DNA of 57,660 nucleotides from the IMG/VR virus record IMGVR_UViG_3300024302_000003; one strand, written 5' to 3'. The translations under genes were made by a program, and so were the position numbers. Under the pieces are notes generated by a model that saw only the letters and a program-made list of their open reading frames with translations, did not search any database and was not told the origin of the DNA. The DNA is from an uncultured virus (IMG/VR IMGVR_UViG_3300024302_000003) (Duplodnaviria > Heunggongvirae > Uroviricota > Caudoviricetes). Within the stretch, counting starts at the first letter, position 1. Each line of letters starts with the position of its first letter. Shown here piece by piece: positions 38,701 to 48,531 of the stretch.

Positions 38701-41700
38701 ATTCTTTAGCGTTAGTTACTGTAACTTGAGAGGTTAAACCTGTTCTAACAATAATAGGTCTCTCTGTGGAAGGAGCGAAAACTGCCGGTATTTCAATAGT
38801 ACGTTCATTACCAAATTGATCTTCTATAATTAAAGACAATAATGTATTAGTATTATTAATAAATTTAACTCGTCCTCTGTAAGGAATTAAAGGGAACCCT
38901 GCAATAGCATCACATATTAACTTAAAGACATTTAAGGTATGTCCATTCCATAGACCATATAAGCCTGCCATGACAGCTTCTTTATACTGCATAGACTCTG
39001 GCTTCTTGAAATCTAAGAAAACACCGAAATTTTGATAGATAATGGACTCGTCATATGAAATCCATGGAGCGAATAGAACTGATGTGCTAGACGTAGAGAT
39101 AACATTATCTTTAAAGTATAACTTACCATCTTTTATTTCATAGTCTTCGTTCTCTTTAAATATATCGCCCTCTTCGTTTACCTTTTTCTGCAATAAAGGG
39201 ATAGACTTTACAGAATCTGCTATCATAAATTGAGCCGAAGTGTCTACGCCATTAAAGAAATCATAAGATGAGGTAGATAGATAAGAGGCATCTGTAATTG
39301 GAAGAGTCTCATTACTTGCGATGATCTCTGGCGGAGCCAACTGGATACTTTTTGCTAAATCATATTGATATAGGTTAGATAGCATATTTGAAGCAACATC
39401 CGCTAAGCCTCCCCACATCTCTGAAATAGCTGGCAAGTCTTCAAAGTGCGTTGTCCAAAAATCTGGAAGCATAGCCCACATGTGATCCCAATCTCCTTCA
39501 ACACGTTGTTGTAAAGCTTCCTTGCTTTCTCTTTTTAGTATTCTTATCTCTCCCTCTTTCAACGTTACTTCAAAGGAAGAATCTTTTGTCAGTAAACCTA
39601 AAGAACCCTCAACGGCGTCGAAACTAAATACTGTTATTACTGTATCTGTATTATCAATAGCGTACTCAGCGTTTGTTTTTACATCCTTGGGCGACCACAC
39701 TAAATCAAGAGTATTGCCTTGTATATTTGCAATAGAGCGTTTTACTAAACTTGTAGAAGGGTCATTATCAAAAGCAGTCGTATCTAAAGGGATGCCTCCA
39801 AAAATAAATGTTTTGTTAGCTTCGAATTGTAAAGGCAATGAGATATGAGAGGGGTATACACGAGCTCCTCCGGCCACTAGATTATATTCTATAAAATTTA
39901 GGTATTCATAACTCTTCTCTATCAAGACATCATCGATTTTTTCGGTATTATACGCAAAAAGTTTTCTATTAGTATCATATATTATATAGCCTTTTTTAAG
40001 AGGATCACCTATATGTATAGGAATGTATTCTTGGTTTGTAAAAGAAGAAACAGGATTTACGTAAAAACCTTCTGTAGCTGTACTTCCTTCATTTGTATAG
40101 TAGGCATTCCAATGCTCTCTAAAGAACCATACGTCCCTAGCGAAGTAATCCTCTTTTTCTATGCAACCTACTTCTAAAGCAGAAATAATGGTAGGTGTAT
40201 TAGTCCATTTGTTTGCATAGCCTATGCTTGAAAGAGCTGAAATAGGATAAGGCAGTTCGCTTACATTATATGAAGAATCATAACCACAATACAATCCTAT
40301 AGCACTAATGTCATCTAATAAACCTTCTTCCCAATTATGCTTTAGATGATGCTGGGTTTCGTACGGAATGCCAGACGGGCTTGCGACCGATATAACTTCT
40401 TTATCGGGTACATCCCAAAATTTTAAATTGTACGCTGTATTACTGTTTTCTAAACTTTTAAAATTGATAGATTGGTAATCCCCTAATTCAAAATCAGTGA
40501 CAAGAGGAGAAGACTCATTACTATCAGGATAAAATACGTTATATTCTGCTAAACCACTACCAGTATCCATTCCATACTGACTGGCATGCGTTACAGGATG
40601 TTTTCTATGTTTTAGCCATGTGAAAGGTTTTAATGTAGGACCATTATCTTTTACTTGACAAAACCGTCCACTAAAAACTTCTGGTGATTTGCCAGAAAGC
40701 ATTAAAGGTGTTCCTACATAAGACGCATGATTTTTTACCTCATCTGCTGTTTTTTGTATGAAATTAATTAGACAGGCAGATTCTCTATCTGAAAATAGCG
40801 GCCTGTTTATAGCAAAAGGATATTCAAATATATCAATAGCTTCTACAGTCAAGTTATGCTCTGTTATAGCATTCCCTAGGGTTTCTAAAATATCAGTTAT
40901 ATAATAAGAAGCCCCATTTATATCCAAATTATTTAATCCTGTTATCGCTACATCTTCATAGGTAGATGAGAAAAAGGCTTCGTAATTATTAATACGATAA
41001 GAACCTGGATTGGGTAAGGTAACTGCATTTCTATAGGATTCAAAAGGGGGAACGATTTCTTCATTGATTGTTAACTGACCCCTATACCCATTAGAGCTCT
41101 TGATCATGTCAATAGGCAAAGCGTAATCATCTTCACTAGTATTTCTAGGACAGAAATAATTACGTATGTCTGGCTCACTCCCACATAAATATAAACCTAT
41201 TTTATTAAAAGCAATCTTACGATTTTCATCTGCTGGCTTTATCTTTAAAGTATAGTTGCCAGTAAGTGAATCTCCAGATGTTTCAAACCATACACCCCTC
41301 TGCTGTCTCATAGAGGTATTAACTGCAATTAAAACAGAAGGGATAATGCCATCATCTTCAAGGCTCCAATATTTTCCTGTCCAGTAATAACTTAATCCAG
41401 ATTCGCCTATAGTCGAAATAATACATTCAAGCTCTGTGTCTTGGTCTGCACGTACGTTAAATAAAAATTGTGCCGGTACTTCTGAAGGTAATTTAAGAGA
41501 ATTCAAAAATAAAGGAGATATAAAAGGTGCTTCCCCTGCAATATAATCATATGTAGCATCTGTATTATCTATAACAGCAACATTATTTGTGCTTGGGTTA
41601 TTTTGACCCCAGTGTGTTTGTGTATCACTTGAGATTGTAATGGCAGAACCTGTCCAATATGTATAAGAGAGGCTATCAAAATCTCTATCCGTTACTATTA

Positions 41701-42181
41701 CATCTAAACCATTTGTCCATTCAAACAGCTCTCTATCTACTGCGGCTTCGTATCTAATACCTTCAAATTCGCACTTAGATAATATGCTTAATGGATAAAA
41801 ATAACCTGATAAATTAGTATGCCCGGACCACAGAACAGGTACTACTTTTAAGTTAGTTTCGGCTAAGATTCTGAGAATTTCCGCCAATCTTTTTCTATAT
41901 AGCCTGTCTTCATTGACGGTTACGCCGTCAATGGCGTTCCCTTCGGTGTAATCATACTCCCACACATTCCATGACATAGGTAGGCGAACGGACGTCACAC
42001 CATCTACCCATGCTAGATGTTCAGCATAAGGACGTATATATTTTTCTAAATACTCATCAAAAGTCTCTGTATCTTCTATGCCGTTAAAGTTATATTTCTC
42101 TCCATCAATGCCATAATATAGGCGCTCTGCGTGCTCAACTAGCGGAGGCAAAAAGGTCGTTGTAAGTTCAGAATTAGCCAT
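32774..42181 (-). CDS. 3135-aa giant baseplate/fibre-like protein with GH5-like TIM barrel, baseplate-like region, Cys-rich module and tandem ASH/choice-of-anchor-D-like Ig domains
   Basis: VTSVRLPMSW...LKVVPVLW; MLPDFW...MWGGL...LYQYDLAKSI; GACC cluster; repeated FxIxNxG (FSIINTGGGALSG); lies downstream of the baseplate J-like gene. Confidence 0.75.
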   Translation of the reverse strand: MANSELTTTFLPPLVEHAERLYYGIDGEKYNFNGIEDTETFDEYLEKYIRPYAEHLAWVDGVTSVRLPMSWNVWEYDYTEGNAIDGVTVNEDRLYRKRLAEILRILAETNLKVVPVLWSGHTNLSGYFYPLSILSKCEFEGIRYEAAVDRELFEWTNGLDVIVTDRDFDSLSYTYWTGSAITISSDTQTHWGQNNPSTNNVAVIDNTDATYDYIAGEAPFISPLFLNSLKLPSEVPAQFLFNVRADQDTELECIISTIGESGLSYYWTGKYWSLEDDGIIPSVLIAVNTSMRQQRGVWFETSGDSLTGNYTLKIKPADENRKIAFNKIGLYLCGSEPDIRNYFCPRNTSEDDYALPIDMIKSSNGYRGQLTINEEIVPPFESYRNAVTLPNPGSYRINNYEAFFSSTYEDVAITGLNNLDINGASYYITDILETLGNAITEHNLTVEAIDIFEYPFAINRPLFSDRESACLINFIQKTADEVKNHASYVGTPLMLSGKSPEVFSGRFCQVKDNGPTLKPFTWLKHRKHPVTHASQYGMDTGSGLAEYNVFYPDSNESSPLVTDFELGDYQSINFKSLENSNTAYNLKFWDVPDKEVISVASPSGIPYETQHHLKHNWEEGLLDDISAIGLYCGYDSSYNVSELPYPISALSSIGYANKWTNTPTIISALEVGCIEKEDYFARDVWFFREHWNAYYTNEGSTATEGFYVNPVSSFTNQEYIPIHIGDPLKKGYIIYDTNRKLFAYNTEKIDDVLIEKSYEYLNFIEYNLVAGGARVYPSHISLPLQFEANKTFIFGGIPLDTTAFDNDPSTSLVKRSIANIQGNTLDLVWSPKDVKTNAEYAIDNTDTVITVFSFDAVEGSLGLLTKDSSFEVTLKEGEIRILKRESKEALQQRVEGDWDHMWAMLPDFWTTHFEDLPAISEMWGGLADVASNMLSNLYQYDLAKSIQLAPPEIIASNETLPITDASYLSTSSYDFFNGVDTSAQFMIADSVKSIPLLQKKVNEEGDIFKENEDYEIKDGKLYFKDNVISTSSTSVLFAPWISYDESIIYQNFGVFLDFKKPESMQYKEAVMAGLYGLWNGHTLNVFKLICDAIAGFPLIPYRGRVKFINNTNTLLSLIIEDQFGNERTIEIPAVFAPSTERPIIVRTGLTSQVTVTNAKELMNLNLFSLAPASNAFDVYDRKTKPEKIESLAKVLRKQRIGLYNTTIGELDANSIDKVGELYEKLGWGSRNEMYDDLFHIIEQVRGQYHLFQFLIAQRPIEEALIKEKKPDMAVTLHVEPTFDHNMYNYMHSGSDWVLKERQESALHVAPNLEITKEGAERNKFNPNEARTQGQTYKKINTDELIEDKDTVYASLGGKGLEDGSKSGWTLGFDRIKAAAGRVFKFFPSFNKASQDIHASGWGNFIYDIPEQRNIGIEPMTTWESDRSGLSLFNHYGTSGNGEWYASLHRKTSDFITGFEQHFEYPQKDDDVMPLQIRTKLGSDAEGTTVSISEGLTVLTRVRPRHKGILFELSGEIGYETEPTIYTGACCIPIGGAVCAPCSPPIGGDHIGITGCDENGYTCVDTPPFIYFNGPKNWCAAQNGSFLGNGSIAANNTSCDVTTAKCCGDDRVNFNHSGKHCNQPYGHCSDPHPCNEWYQEYCECRTGVFIANEDCFPAHNCVSPVAPGPCCGEVEEEEEEQPPKVGNTPDHINEGGGVDANETISVYWTDEQGTEISSGAFTVGKTYTLAIQYELIDEGVALPEQGISGFIALDSLFNLNLPDTEAGQPGVSFTFNNVGDLSATPLTFTPQTGLSSYVNTITLVDSDGVKINSEVLTYNEIPINLNITLNSADITPSVDNISLGSLIEGGDIESTVFTVDNTGTAQGSFTIDDSALSAFTLVAYGGETTLDESGGLNSSATYTIEFDPFTKEGPYSEVLTINAEGDTPVSHIYLSANVSASNYVLIINGGNDLIVDVEENTTTDFPFNIQNSNTSDGVVSFTFDIRNFENPFGHYGESELMLYQGATPWDHTVSQALAIGETLSLTLKAVFGEITANSTFSLRLAATTTNGDLGDLGTQLIQTSVQDITPQLSLRTNSSAYYADLNETREIWESFEITNEGLFDATVTLEAEPPGRPAWAADWHDVNQVILTDTYTLLPGETIYCVGKFTPADDPNLSTIGDQQIYNVSILSDTNLADFTVAWGGEVTTDPRAILNISPSAIDRYTFIGLGNEYFRQNIVGDNTFSYATDDITFDNDSIGDAGNIDVYGDISIVDTQNELTLNGSAAISLADENISDTRTFTFVPINNYSVDTLPTSLFEIINVGTGHLTADGPFISPDNVPFLINPVWGPVLSIHSPDLNTFTVAETDPPTKSAAHKKDTAKRVIQDTFNLGTIASNAGTVDKTFSIINTGGGALSGTVTLDSSAQNLTILSGGAFTDLENGASAHDVTIRLTVPAENTTLLEGVNITCTTGEEGYKRGVVTIQATIEPLVESLIWEKYPSFGGTREEPESVITTTNTLRNIGNVDIAYNITIGQNSLDFGVAASSPISGTLIPDATQVIDFEGLAPANDTEASVNYTAEVDHGFNAEGKHITTFTTLVKPAGYSFTITNVPSIGNAGAARLGYTFPNIQTGTLINTGQKTIWAHLDSYDPESHNVAVSPSAADYLPNGHVEVVVGASLVFTTDYIPKHIPIGDARSRVHASLYTQDNSNLLNSAQHTYVAGGRIITDFPKLVLKNEGSYYAENTPDPDAFNIFNVEPGWTYSQDPIDPNYRIILLKNNPIEWAIANTIKFTAIDIHNNVNNEAVWFLSSTEISDTYYTKTALHTEPWYSGEPSYDLPVSYSMIRPKIDATATGIQWFYLEDTNAALLNTDLRHINFHRPGIYRLRTGNNTGPGDMAKEAFRLHDIFDALVHNFDINNPSTHLHHYTGTVVIKRREIGGPSEYRITGRLVDAAGTVKDPVCDGGTYYIPIKMKNTGAAYPLRIVDNRYNVEVYGSTAATSFYPCIITELPNTPTERFTVTAINTATPIAVDGTYIVPAGTSLDMVMEITAPLNDATNFRQGWYPTVIIFSNEADPVTIDLYFHNEPAAPEPPAWAQDGDDNYCNCCIGKGTPYVYCDDTITEADCYAVGGSPYSFECEANGSMGSLPYEEEEGYK

Positions 42182-42237
42182 TCTACATTTATTATAGCAA
42201 TTACATAAATACTTAGAAAGTCATGGCATAATATCAT

Positions 42238-43275
42238 ATGGAAACAGTAACTAAAAAGAAGAATCTGTATCGGTGGAACATTAATAAAGATATAAACTTT
42301 TTATTGCGTACAGATAATCAACAGCTTTTCGATGACTCTTTAAAAACCCTTGCATCTTTAATACCAAAGGCGCAGAAGTGTATAAGAATAACTAACGCTT
42401 TAGTTCTACGAGCTACGACGCTTGAAGAAATTACGATAGGCGTAGGCGGTTCTCCCGCTGTGTCTTTGGAAGACTATATTACTCTATTAGATACCTGCAA
42501 GGGAACAGCTAACCCTTTTAATAGTTTAAGCGTAGCAGTGACATCTATCGAAAGTGTGCTGTCTAAGATTGACTATGATGAAGTACCAACACAATATATA
42601 GAACATGTGAAACTATGCGTGCGTTTTCTGAAACATAGAGCTCGTTTAGGCTCTATAGCTGTTTGCAACATGAATACTCCTGATATATTTACTTACACTC
42701 CTCTAGAAGAACCGACAAAATGTATACAATCTAAAGTGCTTAAAGAAACAGTTTATTATAAGGAGCGCCCTGATGAGTATACAAGGCAGGTTTATAGATC
42801 GCACACTTACTTTATAAATATACTGTCTAATATTTTGGTGCCTTTCCATACTGAAAATGAACAGCTTGCTGTAAACTGCTTCGGGCCTTATGTTTATGTA
42901 ACAGCGCCTCAGAAGTTCGCGTGGTATATGCAGATTGTAGGTCCAACGGTAGTAGCTGCTTTACTCTACCCTCAAATAATACCTTTTATCAGTAGAGACA
43001 AAAGAGTGTCCATTATTGACTTTATTAATAATAAAATAGCACTACGCGCTTGTGGGGAGCATTTTGAGCTGATGGATCTTAAATGTTTATGTGAGGCTTT
43101 TCAGCAAGGAGGGGCTATAAGGCTAACTAGAAAGTCAGTTAAAGCTTACAGTAAATTTAAAAGGAGCAAGCTTACGCAAAACCAGTTCAAAAGAATAGCC
43201 AGTACGAGCAAAAACGAGATGGTAAGATTACTCGCAGCTTCTTACTTTTTACCTATAACAACTATAGAACGTTGA
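42238..43275 (+). CDS. Hypothetical protein, isolated on + within the structural region
   Basis: 345-aa ORF; GGCATAAT 5 nt before the ATG. Confidence 0.7.
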   Translation: METVTKKKNLYRWNINKDINFLLRTDNQQLFDDSLKTLASLIPKAQKCIRITNALVLRATTLEEITIGVGGSPAVSLEDYITLLDTCKGTANPFNSLSVAVTSIESVLSKIDYDEVPTQYIEHVKLCVRFLKHRARLGSIAVCNMNTPDIFTYTPLEEPTKCIQSKVLKETVYYKERPDEYTRQVYRSHTYFINILSNILVPFHTENEQLAVNCFGPYVYVTAPQKFAWYMQIVGPTVVAALLYPQIIPFISRDKRVSIIDFINNKIALRACGEHFELMDLKCLCEAFQQGGAIRLTRKSVKAYSKFKRSKLTQNQFKRIASTSKNEMVRLLAASYFLPITTIER

Positions 43276-46039
43276 TAACTAAATCAGCCATGACAAAGTA
43301 CTGTGAATTACCCGCCTGTACTTCATCTTCGATGCCTTCGATAACTACACGCTTAAAATAAATGTCTCTTGAGGTGAAGACCAATTCATCAAGAGGCAAG
43401 CGTAATCCTTTTATATTAGCCTCGAATAAATGATTAATAAGGGCTACTATAGAGAAGGCACCTCCAGTGCCTATAGAATATATATATCTATTAACTTCTT
43501 CTTTTAACTCTTCAGATGAGATAAGTTGATCCGTGGCTATATCTATACTACCACTTACATAAATAGGCGCTGTGTGTTTAGCGAGGATATCAGCATTTGC
43601 TGGCCTTGTGTCATTTAAGTTAATAAAATCTTGTATATCACTTATGTCCTTTGCTGCGTCATAAATAATTTTTACACCCACACCTATAGGAATTTCTCCT
43701 TCAGTTGTTAAGGTATTTCCGTATTCTATATCGCCCAATAAATTAGTTGTAAGCTTTTGGTTATTTATATAAAGCGGAGCCGGAAGAAAGGCATATCTGT
43801 CATCATCTTTTATTTTTGTAACTGGGCAAGAGCCTGTCCCTGTTATTGTTATATCAAGCGCCCTTCCATCGTTAATAAAGGGGGTTACGCAGTCTGTGAC
43901 AGCAAATACATTACCAGCTGCTCCTCCCGTAAGCATTAGAATTTGACCTCCTAATAAACCGTAACCTGGATACTGATCAAAAATAGCCTCGAGCGCTTCT
44001 GGAATATTACATAAAGCAGAATCCTCTAAACCATAAGTATTTAAAGAGCCTTGATTTTTTTTGATTGTTTGATTTTCGACGAAAGAAAGAGGCGTTCCAT
44101 AGAACTGAAGCCCATCTATTAAACCATTATAAATAGTCGTTGCGCTTGTTTCACTATTTAAACCCGTACCTATACTGATAGAAGCCACCATTGTCGAATT
44201 ATGTATAGGCGCTAATGAAAAAGTAGCATAATCAAGAGGCACTTCATAAATATCTGTATTCTGTATGTTAGAAAAATATATTATTTTTTTATCCCGAATT
44301 ATATCATAAATAAAACTTATAAATACCCAATTAGCCTCTGACATATCTGCGTCTACATAATCTTTAAAGATAGGTGTTTTTGTCTTATTCTCTTGCGCAT
44401 ACCCGTTACTTATGGTGTTATAATTAATATAGCCATCAGAATCTACGTATATATCTAAAACATCCCTATAGTCAGGCAGTAAAGGGTCTTGACCTATATC
44501 CGTAAATGTATTAAAGAGTGTGTGTTTGCTGCCAACGGCAGGCAAAGAAGCCAAATTAAACCAACCAGTAATGCTAAAGCCTTTAGTAGAGTTTAATAAA
44601 AGATTGGGTAAATAATTGCCGCCTGCGATAACATGTACACCTCTCATTAAGGGACTGCTAGGGTCTTCGCTATCACTACTAACAAGCTTTTGCGAGGGAG
44701 TGATAAAGAGAGACGAACCTCCGTCTGTAGACCCAAAATCATGCTTAAATAATTTTAAGCTGTCGATTTCACTCTCATCTACACCAATTATTAGTAAGGC
44801 TTGTGAGCTATTGGAGCTTCTAACATAGAGTTGATCATTTTTGTCTAACGAAAAACTAATAGCGCCTAGATCATCTAAACTAAATTTATTAACTGAAGAA
44901 GCATGAATAGTACCTGTGCCTCTAATAAACCTCAGCTCTCGTGTGGTTTCCATACTATTATTTAGACCAGGAGAAGGTGTAATAAAGGTATAATCAAAGT
45001 CTTCGCGCAAAAAAACTGTGCTTAAGCCTGGAATAGCATCTTTCGACGATTGAGCTATTTCAACGGACTTTATCTCCATTAACGGTTTTTCTGTTACACC
45101 ACATTCGCTAGAGCTTCCTTCATAAAGAATATTTGGATTATCTCCTTCCGTATATAAGCCTATGCGGTTTAAGCCGAAAGTCGAGATATCAGAAAGATTC
45201 GCTATTTCAACTTCGTGCTCTGTTAAGCCTATTGTACTATAAATATCTATCTTTCCGCCTAAATGAACTCCTTCGGATTCAGGATATGCTATCCCGTCTA
45301 TACTTAAACTTGGAGCATAAATTATATCGCGCAGCATTTCATCGTTTCCGAAACCTACAACATTAACAGAAAGTATCTCAGGAAAAGTACTCTTTAATAT
45401 GTCAACAGCTCCTCGCTTTGTCGAAAGGTCTCTGGACCCTAAGCTACTTTTAGCTCTATCTAACAAAGCTTCACTACTTTCCCGCACTTCTCCACCAACA
45501 AAACTTTCTTTACAGACAGCGCTGAGTACATTAGAGTCGCTCAGGACAACACCTGTAATTTCTCCCGCGTTTATATTATAAACACTTCCTGCATTAGAAG
45601 CTTCTACAGGTACATCTACTTCGTAGCGGCCCGTTACAAAATTAACAGTAAAAGCTGCTGGACCTTTATCCACCGACTGTGTGCTATAGTACTTTAACCC
45701 GCCCACACCTGTAAAAACAGTTCCTTGCGGCACATAAACGCGTTGAGGCTGCCGCAGAATAATAGTAGCTATACCTCGGGCTTTACTGCCTACATTTCTA
45801 TCAATAAATATATTAGCTAAAATAGCATCAATATCTTCATCTGATAAATCAGTGGCGTTTAAAAGACTTTGTGATTTTTTAACACGATGCACTTCGTTAG
45901 CTAAAGGCTGTAGAATTGTAATCATGGGAGAAACCAAGAGATCGCGTATAGCGCTGCCTGGCTCAGTATTTACGTCCGGAGCTACCTCCTTTATACGTTG
46001 TATAATATAGTCTTCTATATTTAATAAATTAATAGCCAC
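43262..46039 (-). CDS. Baseplate J-like wedge protein with a LamG-like insertion
   Basis: PGSAIRDLL, FIDRNVGSKARG, VPQGTVF, GSVYNI, GGEVRESSEALLDR; FSITGWF...YNGLIDGLQFY. Confidence 0.85.
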   Translation of the reverse strand: MAINLLNIEDYIIQRIKEVAPDVNTEPGSAIRDLLVSPMITILQPLANEVHRVKKSQSLLNATDLSDEDIDAILANIFIDRNVGSKARGIATIILRQPQRVYVPQGTVFTGVGGLKYYSTQSVDKGPAAFTVNFVTGRYEVDVPVEASNAGSVYNINAGEITGVVLSDSNVLSAVCKESFVGGEVRESSEALLDRAKSSLGSRDLSTKRGAVDILKSTFPEILSVNVVGFGNDEMLRDIIYAPSLSIDGIAYPESEGVHLGGKIDIYSTIGLTEHEVEIANLSDISTFGLNRIGLYTEGDNPNILYEGSSSECGVTEKPLMEIKSVEIAQSSKDAIPGLSTVFLREDFDYTFITPSPGLNNSMETTRELRFIRGTGTIHASSVNKFSLDDLGAISFSLDKNDQLYVRSSNSSQALLIIGVDESEIDSLKLFKHDFGSTDGGSSLFITPSQKLVSSDSEDPSSPLMRGVHVIAGGNYLPNLLLNSTKGFSITGWFNLASLPAVGSKHTLFNTFTDIGQDPLLPDYRDVLDIYVDSDGYINYNTISNGYAQENKTKTPIFKDYVDADMSEANWVFISFIYDIIRDKKIIYFSNIQNTDIYEVPLDYATFSLAPIHNSTMVASISIGTGLNSETSATTIYNGLIDGLQFYGTPLSFVENQTIKKNQGSLNTYGLEDSALCNIPEALEAIFDQYPGYGLLGGQILMLTGGAAGNVFAVTDCVTPFINDGRALDITITGTGSCPVTKIKDDDRYAFLPAPLYINNQKLTTNLLGDIEYGNTLTTEGEIPIGVGVKIIYDAAKDISDIQDFINLNDTRPANADILAKHTAPIYVSGSIDIATDQLISSEELKEEVNRYIYSIGTGGAFSIVALINHLFEANIKGLRLPLDELVFTSRDIYFKRVVIEGIEDEVQAGNSQYFVMADLVINVL

Positions 46040-46055
46040 TAGTTTTTACCTATTT

Positions 46056-46283
46056 CTACTCTTCGTCTTCGTCTTCCATCTGATTTATAATAAAATTAGT
46101 TGCGTATTCGCGTGCAACATCTTTATCAGTATAACCATTCACAGCATCTACGGCATCTTGCCCGTGGGTCATATACATGTTATCTGCAAAGTCTAAAGAC
46201 TTATCTAATTTCTTTGATAAATGCTCTGAGGCATCGTTAAGGGCTTCTGAGAAGCCTATGAATTTTATAGCGTTATTTGGCAT
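46056..46283 (-). CDS. Hypothetical protein
   Basis: Fills the gap in the tail operon. Confidence 0.6.
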   Translation of the reverse strand: MPNNAIKFIGFSEALNDASEHLSKKLDKSLDFADNMYMTHGQDAVDAVNGYTDKDVAREYATNFIINQMEDEDEE

Positions 46284-46284
46284 T

Positions 46285-46719
46285 TTAAATACTTAAGGTA
46301 AGAGGTGTCGATACTTTATCGATTGTTACTATTCTAAGAAAAAGCGTCACTTTATTCAAATCTGTAAGCTCTACATCCATTACCTCTAAGGAGTGAAGAG
46401 CCTCATCGGAGGGAACAGGGTTTATGGCTTGGGAATTTTTTATATCTTCTTCGACTTTGGAAACAGCGAACATAATACTATTTTGGTGTGCTGAGAGTAT
46501 TTCCTCCCCATCGTGGAGTATTGGAGGTATTTGATCGGCACCTCCTCCCCAATAAGGGAACCTCTTATCTGTACCTGGCGTGGTAAGAAGACTTTTAGCC
46601 ACTTGCTGCGCTAATCTATCTATACCTGTAACTAAACCCGTACCAGAAGATAGTTTAAATCTATATTTAATATCTTCACCGAATTGTTCTAAATCGAAAA
46701 TTTTTACATCTATACTCAT
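46285..46719 (-). CDS. gp25/GPW-like baseplate wedge protein
   Basis: VTGIDRLAQQVAKSLLTTPGT...PYWGGG; ATGA overlap at 46716-46719. Confidence 0.75.
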   Translation of the reverse strand: MSIDVKIFDLEQFGEDIKYRFKLSSGTGLVTGIDRLAQQVAKSLLTTPGTDKRFPYWGGGADQIPPILHDGEEILSAHQNSIMFAVSKVEEDIKNSQAINPVPSDEALHSLEVMDVELTDLNKVTLFLRIVTIDKVSTPLTLSI

Positions 46720-48530
46720 CGTAAGCAGCACCCCCCGTGCTCATCTTTGGTGTCTTCTAAGGAAGCAGAATAACCGTCATCATTTGGTCCTATAATTGAA
46801 TTGTACATATCTGAGTTTAATGACGTAGAGGCATCCGAAGAGAAATCTCCGCCATAATCCCCTATATCCGAAAAAGAGCTATGTCCTTCACAAAAACGTA
46901 GTAAGCCTATTAGGGCTGCTATAAATTCAGCTATCTCTGTATCAATCTGGCTTAACCAGCTAAATACGCTATTCATTGTTTCAGCTATGGACGCCGCTGT
47001 GCCTTCTAAGGCAGCGGTCATATTACTTAAACCATCCAAGACATTATTCTCTATGTCGGAGTCAAAGCCAGTAGATGGGCCTGTTCCTAATAATTCTGGT
47101 GATACCCCTAAACAACGCATGATTATCATATACATTCTACCTACTGGAGTAGCAGCTAAGAAATCTTCAAATGTATCTAGCACGAAAGCTTGTGCGCCTA
47201 ATATAAGATCTAAAGCCGCGTCTACTGAGCCTCCTATATCAGAAATGTTACCAAGCACCCCTAAAGCTCCTTCTCCTATGTCAGACGTAATCTCATTCCA
47301 ACCATCAAAAACACTTGACGCGTCATCATAAAAAGAATCACATGACGACTTACTTCCTTGAGTAGCTGCTTTTGCTGCATCCATACTTTCTTTTGTTTTA
47401 GTGTCACCGGTTACTGCATACGAAATAAGCGCATTAATATATACTTTCTGCTTAGAGACGCTGGCAGCATTATTAGACATGTTTCTTTTTAGCAAGTTTA
47501 AATCATCTAAATAGGCATCGTAAGCTACAAGGACACAAGGAGAGCTGATATCTATATTATCTGGATCAATATTAAAATCATTAATGCGTGATTTTAATAG
47601 CGCTATTAAAGATGAATCAGCATGTCCTAATATTTTAGTAAGTCCAGTAAAAACTTTATTTGGGTCGTAGCGACATCCACTCTTTAAATACCCTAGCATG
47701 TCATTACTTTCGCCTAAGTTCTGCTTAGCTTTAGCTAAGGCGCGTAGAAGCATTCGATTTAACTTTGCGCCTTCTTTTATATTAGCTAACAACTTTAAGC
47801 TGTCTTCTATATTTTTATCTAAGCTAGCCCAGAGCTTTTCCATTTCATTGGTTTTTTTCTTAGAGGCGTTTACTGCGTTGGCTAACTTTCTGAAATCAGC
47901 CACAATATTATCTCCTCTGTAAGAACCTTGCGTTATCTCTTCTAAAAGTGGGACAACGTTCTCCCATGAATCATGTACTGTACCCTTATCTTCATTGAAA
48001 GCATCGTCAATAATGCTGTAAGCTTCTTCGAAGCGCCACTCCCAATCATCTATCAAGGAATCTAAATTAAAACCTCCTCCAAACGCTGCAGAAATATCAT
48101 CTACGGTGTTGTTGATGTTCTCTATCTCGCGGCAGGCAGATCTAATAGCACCTAATGTGGCAGTCATTCTATAGTTCTGTACACGCTGTATTTGATACAT
48201 TACCATCTGGTCGAGAGCCAATAGCGCTCCAAGGAAATCTTGTAACCCGTTACCTAAGGCTTCTACAGTTTCAAAAGGAGTCTTTATAGCATTAAAGGCG
48301 CCTGAGCCCAGAGGAAGTAAAAAAGAGTTTAGAGTACTCATTAACCCTGCAGCAGTCGCGCGTATGATATTTAAAGGGTTGTCTGGGCTTACACCCCATG
48401 TAGCAATTTCCTTTGTCTGACTAGCTAAAAAAGACATATTTTTAGATTCTATTTTAGCCTGCTTTGCCTGCGCTTCCCGCATTTTGCGGATTTGCTCATC
48501 ATAGACTACCGAGAAAGGGTCTGCCGCCAT
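46716..48530 (-). CDS. Helical hypothetical protein in the baseplate operon
   Basis: 604-aa coupled ORF. Confidence 0.75.
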   Translation of the reverse strand: MAADPFSVVYDEQIRKMREAQAKQAKIESKNMSFLASQTKEIATWGVSPDNPLNIIRATAAGLMSTLNSFLLPLGSGAFNAIKTPFETVEALGNGLQDFLGALLALDQMVMYQIQRVQNYRMTATLGAIRSACREIENINNTVDDISAAFGGGFNLDSLIDDWEWRFEEAYSIIDDAFNEDKGTVHDSWENVVPLLEEITQGSYRGDNIVADFRKLANAVNASKKKTNEMEKLWASLDKNIEDSLKLLANIKEGAKLNRMLLRALAKAKQNLGESNDMLGYLKSGCRYDPNKVFTGLTKILGHADSSLIALLKSRINDFNIDPDNIDISSPCVLVAYDAYLDDLNLLKRNMSNNAASVSKQKVYINALISYAVTGDTKTKESMDAAKAATQGSKSSCDSFYDDASSVFDGWNEITSDIGEGALGVLGNISDIGGSVDAALDLILGAQAFVLDTFEDFLAATPVGRMYMIIMRCLGVSPELLGTGPSTGFDSDIENNVLDGLSNMTAALEGTAASIAETMNSVFSWLSQIDTEIAEFIAALIGLLRFCEGHSSFSDIGDYGGDFSSDASTSLNSDMYNSIIGPNDDGYSASLEDTKDEHGGCCLR

Positions 48531-48531
48531 A

